Assembly: GCA_951406725.2 (NCBI GenBank)
Contig: OX597817.1
Coordinates: forward strand, 86,180,001-86,244,000
Reading direction: 5' to 3'
DNA: 64,000 nucleotides
DNA from: Octopus vulgaris
Lineage: Eukaryota
The stretch's first letter is position 1. Each line of letters starts with the position of its first letter. This document shows positions 45,201 through 55,237 of this stretch, piece after piece. Below the pieces are notes generated by a model that did no database searches, was not told the origin of the DNA, and was given only the letters and a program-made list of their open reading frames with translations. Made by a program: the position numbers and the translations under genes.

Positions 45201-47825
45201 TAATTGGGGCACTAATTTTGATCCACCTTTGTGTGTGTGTGTGTGTATTAATGTCTTCTTGTCTTTACATCAGGCAAGTAAACAAGTGTCATATATATTG
45301 TTTGTTTCTTATCTTCCATAAATTTGATCACAGGCAAAAATATGATCTTCACTGGAATCAGGTGGGAGTTGGCAACAGGAAAGGCATGACCTATGCAAGG
45401 ATGGAAATGTGGATGTTAAAAAAAGATATTAGGAGAAGTTTCAGGTGTGGAAACAAGGATTAGAATTGAAGGGCCTCAGAGTCAATCTAGCTAAAACCAA
45501 AGTCGTAATCAGTAGGAAGGTAGACAAATCACAAACGCCTTCAGGTAGATGGCCCTGCTCGATCTGTAGAAAAGGTGTAGGTAGAAACTCTATAAGATAC
45601 ACCAAGTGTAAGCTATGGACACATAAGAGGTGCAGCAATGTCAAAGGAAGGCTAACTAGGAAGATGGTTTTTATATGTGGCAGATGCTCAGGAACAATAA
45701 ACACTGAAAATGCTCTGAGACCAACTTCCGTCACTTTCCAGGGAGAAAAACTAGAAATAGTTGATAGTTTCCGTTACCTAGGTGACCAAGTCAGCAGCGG
45801 GGGCGGGTGTGCTGAAAGTGTAACTGCTAGAGTAAGAATAGCTTGGGCAAAGTTCAGAGAGCTCTTACCTCTGCTGGTGACAAAAGGCCTCTCGCACAGA
45901 GTGAAAGGCAGACTGTATGATGCGTGTGTACGAACAGCCATGCTACATGGCAGTGAAACATGGGCCGTGACTGCTGAGGATATGCGTAAGCTCGCAAGAA
46001 ATGAAGCCAATATGCTCCGATGGATATGTAATGTCAGTGTTCATAATCGACAGAGTGTAAGTACCTTGAGAGAAAAGCTGGACCTAAGAAGCATCAGTTG
46101 TGGTGTGCAAGAGAGACGTTTGCACTGGTATGGTCATGTGGCGAGAATGGATGAAGATAGTTGTGTGAAAAAGTGCCACACCCTAGCGGTTGAGGGAACC
46201 TGTGGAAGAGGCAGACCCAGGAAAACCTGGGACGAGGTGGTGAAGCACGACCTTCGAACTTTAGGTCTCACTGAGGAAATGACTAGAGACCGAGTCCTCT
46301 GGAAGTGTGCTGTGCGCGAGAAGACCCGGCAGGACAAGTGAGTCCATAACCCGTGGCCTTCTACTTGGGATGGAGCCAGCCTACGTATGCATACCTTCCT
46401 TCTTGGGACACAAAACTCTACTTGTGAAGACCTGTTGAGGCAAGTGAGGATCAGAATCGAAATCGATCAATGGAAATTGCAGATGTGTTACCAGTGCCGG
46501 TGGCATGTCGAAACTCTACTTGTGAAGACCCGTTGAGGCAAGTGAGGATCAGAATGGAAATCGATCAATGGAAATTGCAGATGTGTTACCAGTGCCGGTG
46601 GCATGTCGAAACTCTACTTGTGAAGACCCGTTGAGGCAAGTGAGGATCAGAATGGAAATCGATCAATGGAAATTGCAGATGTGTTACCAGTGCCGGTGGC
46701 ATGTAAGAGAACCTTCCGTTTTGCGACCGTTGCCAGCACCGCCCCGTTTTGTGTCCGTTCGTTGCCAGCCTCGCCTGGCCCTCGTGCCGGTGGCACATAA
46801 AAAGCACCATCCGTTCGTGGCACGTAAAAAGCACCCACTACACTCACGGAGTGGTTGGCGTTAGGAAGGGCATCCAGCCGTAGAAACACTGCCAGATTTG
46901 ACTGGGCCTGATGAAGCCTTCTGGCTTCACAGACCCCTGTAGAACCGTCCAACCCATGCTAGCATGGAAAACGGACGCTAAACGACGATGATGAATTATA
47001 TTTTTCAAAAGTAATTAAATGATGTTCGAGATGTTTTATTCTACTAATCTCATTTTGAGAGATTAAAGATTTTTCTAGGCCAAATATAATCTCTAAAGAT
47101 GAGGTTGATAGTACAAAAAAAAAATGTCAATTCATTTTGTCTCTGTATATTTTCAGCCAACTCCTGGTTATGAAAGTCGTCCGGATAGAATACTTGTTTC
47201 AAAGAGCTTCAAGATTTTATCATGTAATCTTCATGGCAATGGTAATTTTTATAAAAAGAAATACAAGACACTAATATTTTGGCATCGATTTCAGAGAGTA
47301 ATTAAAAGTGCATATGAAGCTTTTCAAGGTTTCTCTGGCTACAGTTGTACACAGGATTGTGGCCCACATGGTTCTTGTCGCTGTGGAGTATGCGTTAACA
47401 TTGGCAATCAGAAAGATTGCCTCCTAATAGACTGTTCAGAATGCAATTCCTTCATGTTTTTACTTTTTATTTTATTGACTCTGTTTGCTTGTTTATTATC
47501 ATCAGTTACTGTGCTGGCCCTCATATTATTTCTCTTTAGTCGAATATCAGTAAGAACATTTCACTGTCTCTACAGTGTAAAATTATATTTCAACACGAGA
47601 GCATATTCAAGGTTGCGGATACTCTACAGGTTTTTTCCATTTATAAAAGCACCGTTGCCTTTTCTTTTAGTTTGCATCGTTACAAATCTTGTTTTTTACA
47701 CAGTAATTACCTTCATTTTCTCAGGTACTTTGCAAACTATTTTTCGTGTCATGGCTGAAGAGTTTTATCCTTCAGACCACCTAATGATATCATCCCAGTT
47801 ATGGATACCAAACAAGGAGTCTTAG
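36113..47825 (+). CDS. Uncharacterised EEP-superfamily (endonuclease/exonuclease/phosphatase) membrane protein, about 477 aa; join(36113-36271,39428-39608,40646-40855,42365-42579,47157-47825)
   Basis: A hydrophobic N-terminus is followed by the EEP motifs in canonical order: KVATYNLWN, PDVIAFQEV, GIGILSKLP, LTVHFS, VLLGDFN, RPDRIL, YPSDH. Introns are GT-AG with compatible phases (0,1,1,0). The start could be ATG 36113 or 36137. Confidence 0.88.
37405..38500 (+). mobile_element. Degenerate mariner transposon
   Basis: TA target duplications, imperfect TIRs (CGAGAGTGGGCTGAAAGGCTCATA / TATGAACTTTTTAGCTGACCCTCA), and transposase fragments SAGKMMTSVFWDAKG, HQDNALAH and YSLDFVSSDYHLF. Confidence 0.88.
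38745..38982. mobile_element. Short palindromic non-autonomous Penelope-derived element
   Basis: Both ends match the pLTR of 25950-27176 in inverted orientation; central palindrome CTACGCCATAT...ATATGGCGTAG. Confidence 0.7.
39428..39608 (+). CDS. EEP gene exon 2
   Basis: cag|ATA...GAAG|gtatt; IETINPDVIAFQEVR...WNGWERE. Confidence 0.9.
40355..40575. mobile_element. piggyBac-like MITE (family B)
   Basis: CCCTTTTGATAC...CAGAAGGG-TTAA; inverted homologue of 1636-1886. Confidence 0.6.
40646..40855 (+). CDS. EEP gene exon 3
   Basis: cag|GC...TCAG|gttag; GIGILSKLPIL...HVLTVHFSYDRQQQC. Confidence 0.9.
41503..41780 (-). mobile_element. tRNA-derived SINE (family 1)
   Basis: Reverse complement of the 57059-57449 family; similar copies at 24370-24683 and 60428-60600. 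Confidence 0.7.
42365..42579 (+). CDS. EEP gene exon 4
   Basis: cag|AA...ATG|gtaag; NVVLLGDFNTY...LADVW...GFTFSNM. Confidence 0.9.
43549..43911. mobile_element. RTE insertion with an inverted 5' segment
   Basis: 43549-43743 is antisense ORF2 sequence (homologous to 45880-46075), joined directly to a sense 3' tail ending in (GAT)n. Confidence 0.8.
44296..44535 (-). mobile_element. RTE 3'-end fragment
   Basis: Reverse-oriented tail-family copy. Confidence 0.75.
44719..45231. mobile_element. Tc1/mariner-like non-autonomous element nested in a SINE microsatellite
   Basis: TIRs CAGGGTGGGCCAAAATTAGTGCCC / GGGCACTAATTTTGATCCACCTTTG; inserted after TA; SINE sequence resumes on the far side. Confidence 0.7.
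45431..46993 (+). mobile_element. Young 5'-truncated RTE-clade LINE (uninterrupted 298-aa ORF2 C-terminus at 45445-46341, plus 3'UTR)
   Basis: Motifs GLRVNLAKTK, FRYLG, MLHGSETW, RRLHWYGHV and GRGRPRKTW; (GAT)n tail. Confidence 0.92.
46413..46704 (+). repeat. Three near-identical 98-bp tandem repeats in the RTE 3'UTR
   Basis: Units start at 46413, 46511 and 46609 (AAACTCTACTTGTGAAGACC...GGCATGTCG). Confidence 0.92.
47157..47825 (+). CDS. EEP gene exon 5 (DRI motif, Cys-rich module, two TM segments, PSDH motif)
   Basis: cag|CCA...TAG; PTPGYESRPDRIL...CTQDCGPHGSCRCGVC...EFYPSDHLMI. Confidence 0.9.
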   Translation, partial: PTPGYESRPDRILVSKSFKILSCNLHGNGNFYKKKYKTLIFWHRFQRVIKSAYEAFQGFSGYSCTQDCGPHGSCRCGVCVNIGNQKDCLLIDCSECNSFMFLLFILLTLFACLLSSVTVLALILFLFSRISVRTFHCLYSVKLYFNTRAYSRLRILYRFFPFIKAPLPFLLVCIVTNLVFYTVITFIFSGTLQTIFRVMAEEFYPSDHLMISSQLWIPNKES

Positions 47826-50299
47826 TTACTCCCATGTGTGTGTGTTGCTTTCACATTTTATTTGAAAAGTAATAATAAAAAATTCTCATGGCTGTAAGGT
47901 TAAGTTCACTTTACAAACCACAGGATTTCCTGTTTGACCTGAATGTGTAACTTTCTTGGGCAAATAACATCTACCATAATTTCAGCTTGCCTAATACCTT
48001 GCTCATGGAATTCACGGAAGCCTATTGTGTATGGAGATATATATACACACACACACAGATAGTGTATATGTAGTTATCTACATACACACACAGATGAGTA
48101 GAAATAAGGGTTTCACCCTCAAACCTCATCACCACTACTTTTACTTCTTAGCTCCACCTTGATCATTCCCTTTCTCTTCTAAAATGCAAATAACCATGTA
48201 GCTCCTCTACAGCAAGAAACCTGCTCTGCTCTTGCTCCTCAACTCCTAGCATAAAGTGGCTGTTCATAGGGTTCACAAGTGTTGCAAGTTGCATGGCAGC
48301 CTCTTTAGTGATGATGGCACAGAAAAAAAAAAAGAAAAAGCACCCAGTATGTGCTAATGTTAGGAAAGGCCTCCAGACTTAGAAATCATGCCAAAGCAGA
48401 CACAATGGAGCACAATGCAGCCCTTAGGCCCATCAAATCCTGTAAATTCATTTAACCCATGCCCGCATGGAACATGGATGATAACACATATACACACAAT
48501 CTATTTGCTAATGTAAAACTCTGGTGAGAAAAACAAACCAGTGCTGCTGAATATAGATATCTGGTGGTATTTGCTCTATACTGAGTTGCAGACAATTCCT
48601 TGCTATCAGAAACACAGCAACCTAATGATCTGACTGTTGGAAAACCATAACCAACTATGCTAGTGCAATATAAAATACAATTTGTGAAGATTAAGTTACT
48701 TGCCTCCCTCTATATGTATTACTTTCACATGAAATTGAAAAATAACAAAAATATTCATACATGAAGTGTGGGGATTTTAGTTAGCTCCATGTTTATGTGT
48801 GTATATATTGATTTTATATTTTATTTGAATTTTTTTTTAAAAACCCTTATAGAAAGTATGGATTTTTTTAAGCATAGATAAAGAAAAAAATAAAATTTAA
48901 TCATGTTAACAGTGTATAGTTGAAACATTGTAATACAGTTGTTTGCTGTCAATGGCATATTTATTAAATAAAAAATATTAACAATTATATTTTCCTTCAG
49001 AGACAAAGATTGAACTTAAACCAAGTGGTTCTGTTAGAAAGAAATTCATTGGTGGTGATTGAATTTTCCTTGGTGAATTAGACAAAATACCACTTAGTAT
49101 ATTAGTTTTTCTTTCCTTTTACATTTTTAGTTCCCCTTTATCCCACCAGGATCAAATAAATTGACTATACCCTACCACCATGGGAAAATTATCTTGTCCT
49201 TAGTCAAGGTATATATGAAAATCCTCATGTCAGAAAATATACTGAAATAAGAATATTTTGACAAAGAAATATGGCTAAGATGACAGATGCTTTATGAAAG
49301 CAAAAATTACAAGTGGCAGATGCAAAAAGGGCCAAATTAAAAAAAAAACTTTATAGGAGACCCAAGATTTTTTTTTTAAATATACCTAGAAAAATTTGTG
49401 AAATATGGAATGTATTACCAAAAGCTACTGGAAAATATCAGTGTTCCAGACTTTAAATCTACTTTCGATTTTCAATACTCAAAGCTTAAGAGGCTTGAAT
49501 AACTCAACAATACCCAAAACTGAGCAATAACTACGCAGTAGTAACCCATCACCTCCTCAAGTAAGCTACAATAAGAAACAAAATATTCAAGGTTTACCAG
49601 TGCTGTCCATAAGTAAGGCACATAAAGCTCTGACTCCATCCAGTTGTGTACCATAGAGAATTGGTATAACTTACTATAGCAAGAAGCTAGAGCATGTTGG
49701 TGAGTTCAAATCATTCTGAATGCTTTCAGTTCCTGTCTGTGAAATCCACTCACAAGTGTCCCAGGGCTATAATACAAGTGGGACTGAGCCTGAAAACCAT
49801 GTGGCTGGGAAGCAAATTTCTTACCATAAAGCCATGCTTGTGCCTATTAAAATAGTTATTCTCTTGAGACAGATAATGTGAAATTTATATGAGAAGACTA
49901 TAGAAAGAGTTCTATGAAATCAACCAGTGGATATTGATTAAATCATGTTGGAAACAAAATAAGTTGAAATAAGAGCAAGACATTCTCACTAATGTAATCT
50001 ATCCAAGTGTATTCATTTGTTTTTATGCTAACATGGTTAAATGGCTATAATATTGAAGCTTTGTTTTGCAGCCAGATAGCCTTCATGTTGCTAACTCAAA
50101 CTTTGTTTTTCAGGTAAGGGATTTCTTATGTTTTTGAAGTGCAAAGTCAGCAGACTTGTTGACAGAAAATAACGTCACTGCTTGTGGCTCAGCTGTGATA
50201 TCATTTTCAGAGAAACACAACTGTAAATACATACATGATCATATATATATAGTTAAGTTAATTTTTTGGTGCAAAAAGCAAGGCCATGTAGTTATGTAC

Positions 50300-51258
50300 A
50301 GGGAGGGTGTTCATGCAAAGAGTTTCTGGTCAAGAGAGACTTTGAACCGAGCAGTCGTCGGCATCTTCACTATCTCGTCCGGCAGCTTATTCCACAGGTC
50401 CGCAACCCGGACGGAGAAAGCCCCTCTCCTTCGATTGAGATGAAATCGTCGCAGATAGAGCTTTTCGGAGTGACCCCGCAGCCGACGCTCTGGAGCAGGA
50501 GTGAAGAACAGCTCTTTCGAGAGGTTACACTTTCTGCTTATGATGTGGTGAGCGAGAATGAGATCACCACGGCAATGGCGTTTTTCTAGAGAATAAAGCT
50601 CGAGCGTCTTCAGCCTTTCTTCATAAGACAAATGCTTGAGACCAAGAACCATGCAGGTAGCCAGCTTCTGGACTCTTTCAAGATGATGCATGTCTTTGAG
50701 GAGATAAGGAGAAGAGGCTTGAATCCCGTACTCCAATATGAGTCTCACCAGCGTGACATAGAGCGGTAGGAATATGGTTGAATCAAAAAGAGAACTCCGC
50801 GTTCTTTGTTGGCAGCATGGACGCACTGGGCCGAAGGCGAAAAGGAAGAATCCACCAAGATACCCAGGTCCTTTACCTGGTCGGTCCTCTCCAGCAGCAG
50901 ACGACCCGGCTCGAAATCAAGTTGAGTTGCAGGAGAGGAGCTAACAGGCAGATGACAGCACTTTGACACAGGTCCCATTCGTTAGACCATCTCCAAACTT
51001 GGTGGAGGCATCGACGAAGATCATCTCGCGAGGAGCAGCCAGTTTGACATCATCGGCAAATAGAAGGGTGTGTTGCGTGAGGTCGTTGGGCAAGTCATTT
51101 ATGAAGACTAAAAACAATAAGGGCCCAAGCACTGAACCTTGAGGCACGCCACTGCTCGCACTGGAGATGTTGGACAGCGAACCATTAACTTGAACTTGGA
51201 AGGAGCGATCTGAGAGGAAGGCACCAACCCATCGTACAATATCCGGATGGAAACTATT
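50300..51258 (-). mobile_element. CR1-like LINE, 5'-truncated and frameshifted
   Basis: GVPQGSVLGPLLFLVFINDLP, LFADD, KDLGILVD, LSYEERLKTL, RLRGHSEKL, WNKLP. Confidence 0.9.
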
Positions 51259-54200
51259 GTGCATGTGTAAATGGATGCACTCAGTGCACAAATTTACTGT
51301 TTTGGTTGCAGCGCTTATTAGTAATCATGTCAAACTTTCTCCACGAGAGGGGAGCATCAGTAGTATATGCTCCAACTGATTTGTGAACAAACTTTACATG
51401 GGAATCTAAGGGAGATAATTCTTTCAAGCACGTAATTTTTTTTTTTTAACGTTTCTAATGCGCTCTAATATTTGGCAGAAAGATTTAGTCGACCTCAGAA
51501 CTTGACTGATATTTTATTTCATAGACTCCTGAAAAGATGAATGGTAAAGTTGACAATGATAGGATTTGAACTCTAAGCATAAAGAATCAGAACAACCTCA
51601 AGGTTTAAATGACATTACCAATCCAAAGCACAAAAATTGCATTTAAAAAGTAAAGAGTTTATTGTACCACTGTCTTCTATAATTGTTGGAGAATGGCCAT
51701 GTTATAGAAAATAAATGCAGTTACTCATTGCTAAAATTAGGCGAGTTGACTTCCTGCAAGGGAATTTCATCTTAAAGCTAAAATAAGGATCAATTTTAAT
51801 ATTTGGAATGCAGTGAAGAAAACCTAAACAATTTTCAGTTTTATAAATGGTGCAGACATGGTTGCATAGTTAAGAAGTTTGCTTTGGAACCATCTGGTTA
51901 GGGATCAATCCTACTGCATGAACATCGTTGGCAACAAGAAGAGCATCCAGTCACTGGAAATCTGCCTCAACAAATACCGTCTGAACTAAAGTATAGAAAA
52001 GTGGATGGTAAAATGATGGTGATGAAGTAGATGATAAATTGTGTCGCTTGAATAGATAAATGAGAAATTGCTAGTTGTTTATATTATCAACTGTGTCAAC
52101 TACATCTAGGCAATACAAATGATTTGGAATTCATGCATTGTTACATAAGGCCACAAATTTGTAGAGAAAGAGTATAGTCAGTGAAATCAACCACTGAAGG
52201 TAATTATATCCGGCAAAATTTATGAACTCAAACGTTTAATGAAATGTAACTAAATATCACAATCCTGACACTACAGTTTCTGTCATTCTCACCACAAAAT
52301 ATTTCGAAGTCTATTAGAGCAACACAAATGATTTGTTCTTACCATCCACCACTTAGATAAGAATAATAATTTAACAATGTCATCATTGCATTTTCATTAA
52401 TTGAGGCCAACTGAAATGAATTTGTTGTGCAAAATCAATTAGTGACAAATTGCAGTTATATCAAAACCACCTCAAATTAATGTCAGTTTTGACATTAAAA
52501 AGTACTCTGTATGCAGGAGTCAGTCTATGTATCACTACAGTGGAAAGGAATAGTTTTAATATTCCAATCCTTTATTTCATTCCTTGTTCTAAGGGTATGT
52601 AGATAGAAACAGCACTCCCTACAGAAATTAACATCCCATATTACCTGGTACCTATCCCTAACTGTTGGATAAAATTAAATAATGCATTGTGCATAGAAGC
52701 AAGAAACTTGATTTCATAATCAAAGTGCAGCCAATTTTAATACCTCATACTTTAGCTGCTGCTTTTCTTAAATGTGTATAACATAGGCTTATGAAGGACA
52801 GCCACAGGTATGCACAACTGCAGAATCAGTTAGATGTCAGCATGGATGAATAAATCACTTTTTCCTCAATGATGGAAAACAAAATTTATTTTCAACATGA
52901 TGATAATGATAATGATGCATCAAATGAAATTTAAAAGAAGTAAAAACAACAAACCCTCAGCAAGATGGTAAAATGGTCAAGTGACAGTCTAAATGGCTTA
53001 AAACATTTTTATTTTGTTTCTTGTACTGTGGAATTGTTGTATTTTACAACAAAAATTGCATCCTTCTCAGGTCAATAAATTAATAGCAGGAATGATTATA
53101 TTGCTCCCCTTGAAATTTGTAATTTAGTTCCAATTTAAGAAATATTGTCCACTGTGTTTCATTGGCCAAAGAGCTGACCATGTGAAAAGCTGCTCCTTTT
53201 GAATACATTTTCAGAAGATTCTCGACTTTTCTCTAACTTCATGTCTATGTATGGCTCTGTTTCTCTTTAAAAGATAATTCTAAATTCACACAACTTTTCT
53301 ATAATAATGATAACCAAATAGTTTCATGAAAATTAGAAGAGTTTCTAAATGAAATTTTACATCTAATTATTTTCTCCAAAATAATTACATTTATATCAGT
53401 TTACCTTATTAGCACAACATAGTTAAAAATACTATTGTTTTTAAAACTAAAAAAAAAAAACAAAACAATATCTCTTTTCAATACAAAAGGTAACCAACAC
53501 TCTCTGTGTAGTTATTTAAACTAAAATTGAAATAACCATGGAAATATATCTTTGTGGGCAATTTTTATACCTTGATATGATTTAAACAATAATAAAACAT
53601 AAGAAACAGGATCTTGTTCCTAAACCCTTACACTCTAAATCTTTATTCTTGATTAAAATTCACAAATAACTTAAGATTGTTACCAGGTGTAACAAAACAA
53701 AACTGGACAGTTCCCTATTTCTTTGCTAAACAGCCTATCTTCATACATTTTCCTATTCAAACACCCATTAGATTTCTGTAATCTTTTAATCTTCCTCAAA
53801 ACAAGAAAAGCACGTACACATTTTATAGTATGAATTAAGGCTTTGTATATTCCTCTATAATTACCAAGAAATCACTGAAATCCTGATAATTTCCCCAATA
53901 TTTCTGAATCTTTTTTACCCAGAATCTTTTTTAAACAACCCAGTTAATATTTGTAAATAATAGGAGGCAATATATTCCCTTGTTTTATTTTAGAAATAGG
54001 AAGCTTAACTACTTATATAGTTTTACCATTACTCTCTTTTTTTTTTTTTCTTTCTTCCTTTGCATCAAAATATCAAGATATTTGAAAATTATGGAGCTAA
54101 TAAAAAAAAAATGTTCAGATATCAGGGTATGAAAAATACAACTGCACAAAAATAGAATGAAATAAGGAGACACAGATTTCTCTTTTCAGATTTGAAATGG

Positions 54201-54286
54201 GAACACTTCATAAAATCAACTGTACACTCATTTTGAGGAACAATAAACCAAGATAAAAGCAAATAAAACCTTGCAAAATCTTTCAT

Positions 54287-55237
54287 TCAGCTGGCTTTCT
54301 TATAAAATAATAGATATGCATTCTCATTAAGTGTCCGAGTTGACAACTCATACTGCATATCAACTTCAGTTACATTGTCATCATCAAATTTGTACCACTT
54401 TCCATTACTGTCCAGACAATAGCAAATGTAGTGACCACTGCTAGTGCCACAAGAGCTTAAATGAACACACATAGCATACAAATTGTATTTGTAAGTAGGA
54501 TCTACTGTATTGCAGCTACTCTTACTAGTTGATTTTAAGTTGAACACTATGTCTTTCAAGTCCAAACCCAAAAGAGTAATATTAACAGGGGTTGTTATCT
54601 TTTTAGCATTTTTAGTCTTTGAGTCAAATGTAAAGCGCAATAGCTGAATAATAAGGCATTCTGGAAGTTGGTGAAGAAGACAACGTCGATCAATGGTCTG
54701 TTTTTCTCGTATCATTCCATCACATGCCCCTGCATAGAAACGAGGAGTTGAAGTCCGAATACTATGAGGTGTCAAGGTGTCGTCTGTTTTGTTGCTGACA
54801 ATGGGAGACATATATGGAGCCATGTGAAATGCAGGAAGTGTCTGGATGTTTACACAAGGAGGGATGTATGATAGAGGAGACATTACAGAAGAGCTTACTG
54901 AAGGAGTTGAATGGTCAACAGGATTAACTTTAGTACACCGAGAACACACCTGACCAGAAAGTTGTTCTACACTACTAAAGATGGTGAAGCAATCTTCAAG
55001 ATATATATTAGATTCTGATAATGATTCTCCAAGTGGGATTGGTAAAACAGCAAATGTCTGTGGCTGAATTGATAGATGTCCTTTCCGGCTACAATTATAT
55101 GCTTCTAGTAACTGACCAGTGAAAAGGTTGTCTATGATGGAAGAATTTTCATTTTTGTAAGCGTACCAATCTAGATCAGATAAATGCTGAGCCAACTCTG
55201 CATAAGCTTCGTTATCAAAGCTATTTAGCTTGTCAAT
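54287..55237 (-). CDS. USP last exon
   Basis: tag|ATT GAC AAG...TGA; open frame of 316 codons carrying the His box. Confidence 0.92.
   Translation of the reverse strand: MDKLNSFDNEAYAELAQHLSDLDWYAYKNENSSIIDNLFTGQLLEAYNCSRKGHLSIQPQTFAVLPIPLGESLSESNIYLEDCFTIFSSVEQLSGQVCSRCTKVNPVDHSTPSVSSSVMSPLSYIPPCVNIQTLPAFHMAPYMSPIVSNKTDDTLTPHSIRTSTPRFYAGACDGMIREKQTIDRRCLLHQLPECLIIQLLRFTFDSKTKNAKKITTPVNITLLGLDLKDIVFNLKSTSKSSCNTVDPTYKYNLYAMCVHLSSCGTSSGHYICYCLDSNGKWYKFDDDNVTEVDMQYELSTRTLNENAYLLFYKKAS

Noticed and set aside
46909-46930. CTGATGA-AGCC-TTCT-GGCT in the RTE tail
   Set aside because: No GAAA after the stem, and other tail copies lack the motif.
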